The translations under genes and the position numbers were made by a program. Positions 47,969 through 54,268 of a stretch of DNA of 64,000 bases are shown piece after piece. Location: the IMG/VR virus record IMGVR_UViG_2802429175_000002. One strand, written 5' to 3'. The DNA is from a virus. Lineage: Duplodnaviria; Heunggongvirae; Uroviricota; Caudoviricetes. The notes beneath the pieces are model-generated. The model saw only the letters and a list, made by a program, of their open reading frames with translations, had not been told where the DNA came from and did no database searches. Position 1 is the stretch's first letter. Every line of letters begins with the position of its first letter.

Positions 47969-48040
47969 AATGACGTAGACCAACGGAAGGTCACCAGTTA
48001 TTGGAAACTGGATGTGCGGGTTCGAGTCCCGTCGTCAATA
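47969..48040 (+). tRNA. atypical tRNA-like gene with an 8-nt anticodon loop
   Basis: Good acceptor, D-arm (GACC/GGTC) and T-arm (GCGGG-TTCGAGT-CCCGT). The anticodon stem CCAGT/ACTGG encloses TATTGGAA, which is 8 nt. Confidence 0.35.
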
Positions 48041-48334
48041 AAAAGCAAAAGTCCTTCCCCTGCCGAGGAGCAAAAGCGCCTTAATCCCAGACCCTCGGGA
48101 ATCTGGGCCGCACAATAGTCCCGCAAGGTGAGTGCGGTTTGTAGGCAAGTACTGCAGCAGTGAGACGGCCATCTCATCGCGAAGGGAAAGCCGCAGAGTA
48201 GCTTTCGGCATGACGAGTGGTTCACGGTAACGGACCAGGCGTGAGAACTAGGTCAGGGATGGCCTGGAGAAGCAGCGAATCAATAATGCTGCGAAAGGTT
48301 CTCGATAGCGGGTGTACTCTCAGCCTCTAACAAT
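48041..48334 (+). ncRNA. second candidate structured non-coding RNA in the tRNA array
   Basis: About 290 nt between tRNA genes, with several GNRA-capped hairpins (CCCGCAAGG, TCGCGAAGGG, CTGCGAAAGG) and no plausible ORF. Confidence 0.3.
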
Positions 48335-48408
48335 CGACTCTTAGCTCAGTTAGGTAAGAGCGACCGGTTGAAGCCCGGTGCGCCCCCGTTCGATTCGGGG
48401 AGAGTCGG
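48335..48408 (+). tRNA. tRNA-Phe (GAA)
   Basis: Perfect acceptor CGACTCT/AGAGTCG, D-arm GCTC...GAGC, anticodon arm ACCGG-TTGAAGC-CCGGT, T-arm CCCCG-TTCGATT-CGGGG. Confidence 0.7.
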
Positions 48409-48529
48409 CGTGTAAGGGAAACCAGGTTCCGCAGCTACTGGTGAAAAGCTGGGCACTCCACGTAAAAGGTCGCGTTGACTCGCGCGGATACGGTAGGCGA
48501 AGAACTGTCCTGCCGGAATGAGTCCTCAT

Positions 48530-48604
48530 GTCGGGGTAGAGAAGTTCGGCCATCTCGCTGTCCTCATAAGTCAGAGACCGTGGGTTCGAATCCCACCCCC
48601 GCCA
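48530..48604 (+). tRNA. tRNA-Met (CAT)
   Basis: Anticodon loop CTCATAA, T-arm GTGGG-TTCGAAT-CCCAC, D-stem GAGA/TCTC. Confidence 0.45.
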
Positions 48605-48663
48605 CGCAAAACCAGGGGCACCTGGTTGGGCCCGCCGCAGCCCAGCGCCAATGCGGCTCCAAT

Positions 48664-48738
48664 CCCGTTGTTGGGCAATGGAGCGCCCACCGCCCTACGA
48701 AGGCGCAACGCATGCAGGTTCGAATCCTGTCAACGGGT
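48664..48738 (+). tRNA. tRNA-Arg (ACG)
   Basis: Perfect acceptor CCCGTTG/CAACGGG, anticodon loop CTACGAA, T-loop TTCGAAT. Confidence 0.5.
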
Positions 48739-48802
48739 CTTAGCGCTGCCGGTACAAAGCCCGAAGAAACAGAGATGCCATGCTGCTCTGGCCAGCGCCA
48801 TA

Positions 48803-48873
48803 CCTTGTGTAGCTCAATGGAAGAGCCCCTCGCTGTGACCGAGGTTATCGCGGTTCAACTCCGCGCATAGGGA
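48803..48873 (+). tRNA. tRNA-His (GTG)
   Basis: D-arm TAGCTCAATGGAAGAGC, anticodon arm CCTCG-CTGTGAC-CGAGG, T-arm CGCGG-TTCAACT-CCGCG. Confidence 0.55.
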
Positions 48874-48897
48874 CGTACAGACACTGAAAGGCTTGAC

Positions 48898-49074
48898 ATG
48901 GTTGCAAAGCTGCGCGCGGGTATTGCCCACGCTGACATCGTCACTGCGGTAAACGCATTGATCGACGGCCTGGACGAGTTCCAGGATGTTCTCGACGATC
49001 TTCGCGAGAAGGTGGAGGAGAAGGTCGTAGCCAAGAAGGCACCGGCCAAGAAGGCAACTGCCGCCGCAGAGTAG
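48898..49074 (+). CDS. small hypothetical protein (58 aa) embedded in the tRNA array
   Basis: ATG with a GAAAGG ribosome-binding site. Product MVAKLRAGIAHADIVTAVNALIDGLDEFQDVLDDLREKVEEKVVAKKAPAKKATAAAE is helical with a Lys/Ala-rich tail. Below the ORF-track cutoff. Confidence 0.4.
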   Translation: MVAKLRAGIAHADIVTAVNALIDGLDEFQDVLDDLREKVEEKVVAKKAPAKKATAAAE

Positions 49075-49098
49075 CGGCCTCATCTATAATCGATAGAC

Positions 49099-49189
49099 GG
49101 TGTGTCTCTCGGCGAGAGGGCGGTTCGAGTCCGCAGCGTGAGGTTCTCACGTCATGGGCCCCTGGCAGGTTCGATTCCTGCGCACACCA
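49099..49189 (+). tRNA. atypical 91-nt tRNA-like gene (identity unresolved)
   Basis: 7-bp acceptor GGTGTGT/GCACACC with discriminator A, and a 3' T-arm GCAGG-TTCGATT-CCTGC. The interior holds a second TTCGAGT hairpin and extra hairpins. Preceded by a TATAAT box at 49085. Confidence 0.3.
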
Positions 49190-49194
49190 CCTAT

Positions 49195-49266
49195 GGCGAA
49201 GTGAGTGAGTGGCTAGCTGGCAGGCTGCAACCCTGACCCACGCCGGTTCGATCCCGGCCTTCGTCT
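49195..49266 (+). tRNA. tRNA-Cys (GCA)
   Basis: Acceptor GGCGAAG/CTTCGTC, anticodon loop CTGCAAC, T-arm GCCGG-TTCGATC-CCGGC. Confidence 0.45.
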
Positions 49267-49323
49267 CGACGCGCTCGGTGAGTAGGAGTCACCGTAAAGC
49301 CGACGCGGCAATATCGGCACTAA

Positions 49324-49398
49324 GCTCCAATAGCCCAACATGGCAGAGGCGACAGGCTTAGACCCTGTGCGGTGGGGGTTCGAATCCCTCTTGGAGTA
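49324..49398 (+). tRNA. class-I-shaped tRNA with Leu anticodon (TAG)
   Basis: Anticodon arm ACAGG-CTTAGAC-CCTGT, 5-nt variable loop, 3-bp D-stem with a 12-nt loop, discriminator A. Confidence 0.4.
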
Positions 49399-49465
49399 CG
49401 CATCCTGAGGCCGGTGGCAACTGGTAAGGGGATCCGCAGCCACAGCGGTCCCGCCTCAGGACTCT

Positions 49466-49540
49466 GGTCGGCTAGGCAAACCTGGCAAAGCCGCCGAGCT
49501 CAAACCTCGGTGTCTGCGAGTTCGATCCTCGCGCCGACTA
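49466..49540 (+). tRNA. class-I-shaped tRNA with Leu anticodon (CAA)
   Basis: All 75 nt are accounted for. Anticodon arm CCGAG-CTCAAAC-CTCGG, 5-nt variable loop TGTCT, T-arm GCGAG-TTCGATC-CTCGC, discriminator A. Confidence 0.45.
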
Positions 49541-49541
49541 C

Positions 49542-49613
49542 TGGGCGTTGGTGAAACGGCATCACCCTAGACTTTTAATCTACGAGTTGAGGGTTCAAAT
49601 CCCTTGCGCCCTA
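49542..49613 (+). tRNA. tRNA-Lys (TTT)
   Basis: D-stem GTGA/TCAC, anticodon loop CTTTTAA, T-arm GAGGG-TTCAAAT-CCCTT. Confidence 0.45.
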
Positions 49614-49614
49614 A

Positions 49615-49686
49615 GGGAGTATAGTTAAGCGGTTATAACTCTTGGCTCTTACCCATGAATCCCAGGTTCGACCCCTGGTGCTCCCA
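49615..49686 (+). tRNA. tRNA-Lys (CTT)
   Basis: Acceptor GGGAGTA/TGCTCCC, D-stem GTTA/TAAC, anticodon loop CTCTTAC, T-arm CCAGG-TTCGACC-CCTGG. Confidence 0.45.
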
Positions 49687-49687
49687 C

Positions 49688-49759
49688 TGGTTCGTCATCC
49701 AATGGTGAGGATACCGTTCTGATAAGACGGCAATCACAGTTCAATTCTGTGCGAACCTA
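49688..49759 (+). tRNA. tRNA-Ile (GAT)
   Basis: D-stem ATCC/GGAT, anticodon arm CCGTT-CTGATAA-GACGG, T-arm CACAG-TTCAATT-CTGTG. Confidence 0.5.
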
Positions 49760-49763
49760 CCAA

Positions 49764-49830
49764 GCGGTAGTTCCGGAAAGTGCGTGGCCTCCTAAGCCGC
49801 TGCAAGGGTGTTCGAGTCACCTCTACCGCT
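49764..49830 (+). tRNA. tRNA-Arg (CCT), short D-arm
   Basis: Perfect acceptor GCGGTAG/CTACCGC, anticodon arm GTGGC-CTCCTAA-GCCGC, T-loop TTCGAGT. Only 67 nt. Confidence 0.4.
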
Positions 49831-49833
49831 CCA

Positions 49834-49909
49834 AGCGAGTGTGATGTTTTAACGGTTTAGCATCCCTGTCTTCCAAACAGGTCGTGCCAGTTCGAATCTG
49901 GTCACTCGT
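49834..49909 (+). tRNA. tRNA-Gly (TCC)
   Basis: Anticodon arm CCTGT-CTTCCAA-ACAGG, T-arm GCCAG-TTCGAAT-CTGGT, acceptor GCGAGTG/CACTCGT. Confidence 0.45.
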
Positions 49910-50035
49910 TCGACGCCCTGAGATGGGCGACCCTCCAGTGGAGACTGCGGTTGTCGCTGGAAGTTTGGCGCGGATAGGGCATCCGCCAGGGACCTCTCGC
50001 TGCAGCATTGGCACCCTCAACCAAAAGCCCAATAT

Positions 50036-50103
50036 GCCTGGTTAGTCTGGGACGAAAGCTGGCTTACATCCAGCTAAGCGGGGTTCGATTCCTCGACTGG
50101 GTA
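50036..50103 (+). tRNA. tRNA-Val (TAC), reduced D-arm
   Basis: Anticodon arm GCTGG-CTTACAT-CCAGC, T-arm CGGGG-TTCGATT-CCTCG. Acceptor has G-U pairs. 68 nt. Confidence 0.4.
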
Positions 50104-50177
50104 CGTAGCGGGAAGGATCGGTTCGATACCGAGCCAGTTTCGGCTGGATAGTGTAGAGGAATGCACACCCGCGCCAG

Positions 50178-50251
50178 GCCTCATTAGCTCATCCGGCTAG
50201 AGCACTTCCTTAGTAACGAAGAGGCGCGGGGTTCGAGACCTCGATGAGGCC
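50178..50251 (+). tRNA. tRNA with AGT anticodon (Thr-like), tentative
   Basis: Perfect acceptor GCCTCAT/ATGAGGC, D-arm GCTC...GAGC, anticodon loop TTAGTAA, T-arm CGGGG-TTCGAGA-CCTCG. Confidence 0.4.
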
Positions 50252-50343
50252 CTATGTTCAGTCTGCGGCCATGTTCAGGAATCCTGAACAGCTACGTGGA
50301 TTGAACACAAGTTCAGACCCAGTCTTGTCAAAACGGGGACCAT

Positions 50344-50417
50344 GGGGGCGCATGTTCCAAGGTGGCGACCGATCCTTGCAAGATTGGTGTGGTCGCGTTC
50401 AATTCGCACCGTCTCCA
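50344..50417 (+). tRNA. tRNA-Ala (TGC)
   Basis: Anticodon arm CGATC-CTTGCAA-GATTG, acceptor GGGGGCG/CGTCTCC with a G3:U70 pair, discriminator A, T-loop TTCAATT. Confidence 0.4.
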
Positions 50418-50524
50418 CGGGAGTTTTGGCCAAGCAGCTCCAGGGTTTGATTCCCAGAAAGTTGGCTCAGGTTGTTCGTACCTGCCCCGGTGGCCTCGAA
50501 AACCACTGGGGGTAAACGTCCAAT

Positions 50525-50598
50525 CGAGTCGTAGCTTAGTGGACTAAAGCACTGCCCTGTCACGGCAGGGGACGCGGGTTCAAATCCCGTCGACTTGA
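50525..50598 (+). tRNA. tRNA-Asp (GTC)
   Basis: D-stem GCTT/AAGC, anticodon arm CTGCC-CTGTCAC-GGCAG, T-arm GCGGG-TTCAAAT-CCCGT. Confidence 0.6.
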
Positions 50599-50599
50599 C

Positions 50600-50938
50600 G
50601 TGAGTAGAGAACGAGTACTGTCTGTAACCCTCGCGGATTGTCGTGTTGACACATTCCGGTCTGGGGGCAAGGGCGGTCAAAACCAGAACAAGCGCGAGAC
50701 AGGTGTGCGGATTACCCACGAACCGTCCGGTGCTGTGGGTGAGTCGCGCGAGGAGCGTAGCCAGCTGCAGAACAAGCAGGCTGCGTTCAAGCGTATGGCG
50801 AGCTCGCCCAAGTTCCAGCTATGGGTGAAACGTCAGGTGGGTCGCGAAGACCTACAGCGTGCCCAGGTAGAGCGTGATATGTGGCCGGTGAACCTCAAGA
50901 CTGAGGTCCGCGAATCCGGCAAGTGGGTTGAGCAATAA
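50600..50938 (+). CDS. arfB: ArfB-like peptidyl-tRNA hydrolase (release-factor GGQ domain)
   Basis: GTG start directly after tRNA-Asp. GGQ motif RSGGKGGQNQNKRETGVRITHEPSG with a basic C-terminal tail. Confidence 0.6.
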   Translation: MSRERVLSVTLADCRVDTFRSGGKGGQNQNKRETGVRITHEPSGAVGESREERSQLQNKQAAFKRMASSPKFQLWVKRQVGREDLQRAQVERDMWPVNLKTEVRESGKWVEQ

Positions 50939-50943
50939 CCCTA

Positions 50944-51014
50944 AGGTCCATTGGTGTAGTGAGAGCACACCACCCTCTCAAGGTGTTGGTGCGGGTTTGA
51001 TTCCCGCATGGACT
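50944..51014 (+). tRNA. tRNA-Glu (CTC)
   Basis: Acceptor GGTCCAT/ATGGACT, anticodon loop CTCTCAA, T-arm GCGGG-TTTGATT-CCCGC. Confidence 0.5.
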
Positions 51015-51019
51015 ACTCG

Positions 51020-51052
51020 AAAGGCCCTCAGCGAAAGCTGGGGGCCTTTTTC
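51020..51052 (+). terminator. intrinsic terminator closing the RNA array
   Basis: AGGCCC...GGGCCT stem followed by TTTTTCG. Confidence 0.55.
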
Positions 51053-51066
51053 GTACCCACATGAAC
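51053..51066 (-). promoter_or_regulatory. conserved motif copy, reverse orientation (TACCCACATGAACC)
   Basis: Lies immediately after the terminator that closes the RNA array. Its ATG opens an 11-codon ORF (MNPSALNTIGT). Confidence 0.5.
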
Positions 51067-51091
51067 CCTAGTGCCCTCAATACCATTGGTA

Positions 51092-51202
51092 CATGAAGGA
51101 ATTTAGGAAGTACTTGAGCATCACGATCTTCGCGCTGAGCGTCGTTGACTTCGTGGCGTCGGTAGTGGAGTTGGTCGAGAACATCAAGTTGGAGCGTCAG
51201 GC
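51092..51202 (+). CDS. small hydrophobic peptide (37 aa), tentative
   Basis: Product MKEFRKYLSITIFALSVVDFVASVVELVENIKLERQA. Its stop overlaps the next ATG. Confidence 0.3.
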
Positions 51203-51502
51203 ATGACATCGAATCCCTATGACTTCGAGCAGATTACAACTGTCACGCCGGAAATGATCTGGTTCGCGCGCGACATCATGTGGCGCGGAATTTCTTCCGG
51301 CCCATCTAGTCCAGGGACGGGACGGATCCAAGAGGTCGTGCGCTGGCTCGAAGAGCGTGCTGAGGCTTACCGGGCGCTTGAAGAGCGGGAAGCAGTCGAG
51401 AAGGCCTTCATCAACGCCGTGGAAGAAGAGGCCGGACAGGGCCGGACGTATCCAGGCGCGATTCGGAAGGTTCTCTCTACCTACAAGCTGGAGAAGCTAT
51501 GA
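51203..51502 (+). CDS. hypothetical protein
   Basis: 99-aa ORF. Confidence 0.5.
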   Translation: MTSNPYDFEQITTVTPEMIWFARDIMWRGISSGPSSPGTGRIQEVVRWLEERAEAYRALEEREAVEKAFINAVEEEAGQGRTYPGAIRKVLSTYKLEKL

Positions 51503-51609
51503 AGCGCCTGGACGATTGGGCTTGGTACGTGTCACTCGCCATGGGTGGGTTCGTGATCATCCTGGTCCTGATCTTCCCGGTTCTGATGGAGCTGAGGTGG
51601 GGGCATTGA
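51499..51609 (+). CDS. small membrane peptide (36 aa), tentative
   Basis: ATGA overlap with the upstream gene. Product MKRLDDWAWYVSLAMGGFVIILVLIFPVLMELRWGH. Confidence 0.3.
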   Translation: MKRLDDWAWYVSLAMGGFVIILVLIFPVLMELRWGH

Positions 51610-51899
51610 GCCAGATCGAGCTGGAAGAATTCCCGAAGCTTCCAGAGGGTTACCGATGGCGAGTCCGTTACAAGCCAAGTTCATTCATGGTTGACCTTGA
51701 CGAGGTGAAGGTGTCGATCAAGCGTGGATGGCTCACTGTCGTGAGTGAGAACACCTTCCCGAGCATTCACAATCATAGTTTGCGGGACGCTGCGCTCTGG
51801 GCGGCACAGCGGGCATGGTCCGAATGGAAGTCCCCATCCTTACATGACCAAGCTGCGGCGATCCAGGCCGAGCTCAACTCGGGAGTACTGACCCCGTGA
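51597..51899 (+). CDS. hypothetical protein
   Basis: In-frame GTG at 51597 or TTG at 51606. The ORF continues in the 51357 frame to 51899. Confidence 0.4.
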   Translation: MGALSQIELEEFPKLPEGYRWRVRYKPSSFMVDLDEVKVSIKRGWLTVVSENTFPSIHNHSLRDAALWAAQRAWSEWKSPSLHDQAAAIQAELNSGVLTP

Positions 51900-52405
51900 C
51901 TCGCCGTGTTCTTGTCACCGGCAGCCGTGACTGGCCTGACCCGAAGCCGGTTGTCTGCGCGCTCAATAGCCAGTGGCTCAAGGCGCACAGGAAGGGTGAG
52001 AAGCTCGTCGTTGTGCAGGGGGAGTGCCCTACGGGTGCTGATCTTTTCGCTGCCGAGTGGGCCCAGTTCCGCGAGGATCGCGGCTTCCGCGTCAAGAATG
52101 AGTCGCACCCCGCAGATTGGAATCGGGACTGCGACCACCACTGCACTCATCCACCTCGGTGGAAGTGGGGTAAGTCGTACTGCCCACTGGCTGGGCACAT
52201 GCGAAACCAGGCGATGGTAGATCTCGGTGCTGATATGTGTATCGCATTCCCGTTGAAGGACTCTCGCGGTACGTGGGACTGCATGAAGCGCGCAAAGAAG
52301 GCCGGAATGTCCGTGATCAACTTCGGATACGACGGGCCCCTGTGCTCTCCGTCGATCGATTATCACGTTGAGCCACATACCGGTCCGTGTGTTCGTGCCC
52401 GCTGA
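51896..52405 (+). CDS. SLOG/DUF2493-like Rossmann-fold protein with Cys/His-rich insert
   Basis: Motifs VLVTGSRDW and VVVQGECPTGADLFAAEWA resemble the YspA/DprA-like SLOG fold. Tentative. Confidence 0.4.
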   Translation: MTRRVLVTGSRDWPDPKPVVCALNSQWLKAHRKGEKLVVVQGECPTGADLFAAEWAQFREDRGFRVKNESHPADWNRDCDHHCTHPPRWKWGKSYCPLAGHMRNQAMVDLGADMCIAFPLKDSRGTWDCMKRAKKAGMSVINFGYDGPLCSPSIDYHVEPHTGPCVRAR

Positions 52406-52524
52406 ACCGTTCTGGTTTGAGAAGTATCCCGCCATCCCCGGCAAGGGATACCGCGACTCTGCTTGCGATTACGACCCGATGACCGTCTATGAGGGCGCCC
52501 AAATCATGGGAGAGGTGAACAACG

Positions 52525-52878
52525 ATGAGTGAACTGAAGCAAATGATCGTCATGCGTAAGGATCTCGGCATGCCTGCCGGGAAGATGGTCGCGCAGGGTG
52601 CTCACGCCTCAATGGGCGCGGTGCTTGAGTACCGCGATGACCCACGGGTCGTTGAGTGGCTAGCTGGTTCGTTCACGAAGGTCTGCGTGCGGGTGGAAGG
52701 CGAAGATGCGCTGATTGAGCTTTGGCACAAGGCAATTGATGCGAAGCTTCCAACGTCCCTCATCACGGATAGCGGAAAGACTGTTTTCCATGGTGTTTTG
52801 ACGACCACGTGTTGCGCTATTGGACCTGCAACGGCTGAAGAACTCGCTCCGATCACGGGGGAGTTGAAGCTACTGTGA
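52525..52878 (+). CDS. Pth2-family peptidyl-tRNA hydrolase-like protein
   Basis: The N-terminus MIVMRKDLGMPAGKMVAQGAHASMGAV matches the PTH2 signature (RxDLxMxxGKxxAQxxHA). Confidence 0.5.
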   Translation: MSELKQMIVMRKDLGMPAGKMVAQGAHASMGAVLEYRDDPRVVEWLAGSFTKVCVRVEGEDALIELWHKAIDAKLPTSLITDSGKTVFHGVLTTTCCAIGPATAEELAPITGELKLL

Positions 52879-53564
52879 CCACATACTGGTTCAACCGCAA
52901 CCCAGTGGTCATTGGACCTCAGGCGTATTCGGAGCCTCCTGGCTTGATCGAGGGAACGCCAAACCTGCGCCGCGCCAGCCTGTCCAACGCGGTGCTATTC
53001 GGTGGCCCATTTCTGCGTCAGCTCCTGCAGTCGGCTCCAATTGTTGGGGACCACAAGCACATCACGGTGGACACGAAGGTGTCGATGCTGATGCCCGGTT
53101 GGTGGCCAGCGATTCCCGGGTGGCATACCGATGGAGTGCCACGCTACAGCGTGACAGACAAGACTGTGACCCCGGCGAATTGGGGCATGCCGTCCCTTCC
53201 GCTGCAGAATGATCGGTCCCTTGAGGGCTATTACCCGCGCTACCACACTCTGCATGTCGGAAACGACTGCCCAACTGTGTTCATTGATGGCCTGATGCAC
53301 TTGCCAATTGAGCACGACGAAGACGAGCAGATGTACTCGGAGATGACACGCCGGATTGACGGATGCACCACTCTGCGGAAACTGATTGCGCAAGAGGCTG
53401 TTTGGTATTCGTGGGACTGGTGGAACATTCACCAGGCTTCGCAAGCCACTGAACGTGGTTGGCGCCTGCTAATCCGCATTACGGAATCAGACATGGCCCC
53501 AGTGGATTCGGACTTTATCCGACCACAGAACCAAGTCTACGTACCGAAGGAGTTCGGCTGGTGA
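52875..53564 (+). CDS. 2OG-Fe(II) oxygenase-like protein (tentative)
   Basis: WHTDG (HxD) with downstream His residues. 229 aa. Confidence 0.35.
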   Translation: MTTYWFNRNPVVIGPQAYSEPPGLIEGTPNLRRASLSNAVLFGGPFLRQLLQSAPIVGDHKHITVDTKVSMLMPGWWPAIPGWHTDGVPRYSVTDKTVTPANWGMPSLPLQNDRSLEGYYPRYHTLHVGNDCPTVFIDGLMHLPIEHDEDEQMYSEMTRRIDGCTTLRKLIAQEAVWYSWDWWNIHQASQATERGWRLLIRITESDMAPVDSDFIRPQNQVYVPKEFGW

Positions 53565-54268
53565 GCGCGAAGCTGGAACTAACGGAACCTGTTCGAAAGG
53601 CCATGGCGCGTAGGCTGTGTGAGTCCCTCGGCCTTGACGAAGAAGTCGGCTTGTACGAAGTAGATCACATGATCGCTGCTGCCAACAGCATCCCAGAACT
53701 GCCTGTCGGCACCATCGCGCTCCGACCAGACGGGAAATGGGTAGGGGTTCGGGATAATAAGCGTCGCGGGGTGCCTTGGCTCTATTGCCCCCTGAGTGAT
53801 TCGGCGGCTGACTGGCCAGCCCTTCGCGCCGCTGACTGCTGGCGTGTCATCCACAACCCGACAAATCCTGGGTGCCCGGAATGCTCCAACTATGCCGCAG
53901 TGGGATTGGAATTGGTCGAGAAGCTAGCGGCTGCCGAGGGCACACGTCTCGCGCTCGAGGAGATCGTCTCGAAGTGTAAGTGTGGGGCTGACTCAAAAGC
54001 GCAACAGGAACAGGCAGGCTGCGGTATCGGCATTGACGGAGAGTGTGAGGGTAGGTGCCGCGCACCCCGTGTTGTTGACCATCTAGGGGTAGACGAGCGA
54101 GACGCCGAGTGGACACGAATCGAAGTTTGCCGCGACACCTATGTTTGGGAGTACCGCTTCCGCCATGGAGTTTGGAAGTACCGGCAACTTGGCCACAAGA
54201 ACTGGATTGCAATGAAGCCTGGCGACGAGCCACTTGCTAGTGGCCCATTCACGGAGGTGATCGAATGA
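53561..54268 (+). CDS. hypothetical Cys-rich protein
   Basis: GTG start with an AAGGAG ribosome-binding site, overlapping the upstream stop. Cys clusters CPECSNY and CKCGADS...CGIGIDGECEGRC. Confidence 0.45.
   Translation: MSAKLELTEPVRKAMARRLCESLGLDEEVGLYEVDHMIAAANSIPELPVGTIALRPDGKWVGVRDNKRRGVPWLYCPLSDSAADWPALRAADCWRVIHNPTNPGCPECSNYAAVGLELVEKLAAAEGTRLALEEIVSKCKCGADSKAQQEQAGCGIGIDGECEGRCRAPRVVDHLGVDERDAEWTRIEVCRDTYVWEYRFRHGVWKYRQLGHKNWIAMKPGDEPLASGPFTEVIE

Noticed and set aside
46272-50719. Numerous ORF-track entries on both strands across the tRNA/tmRNA array, for example 46272..46505 (-), 46682..46957, 47476..47928 (-), 47562..47978, 48475..48870, 48518..48838 and 49213..49443 (-)
   Set aside because: They overlap well-folded tRNA genes and each other. 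Their composition is arginine/serine/proline-rich junk, and none has a ribosome-binding site.
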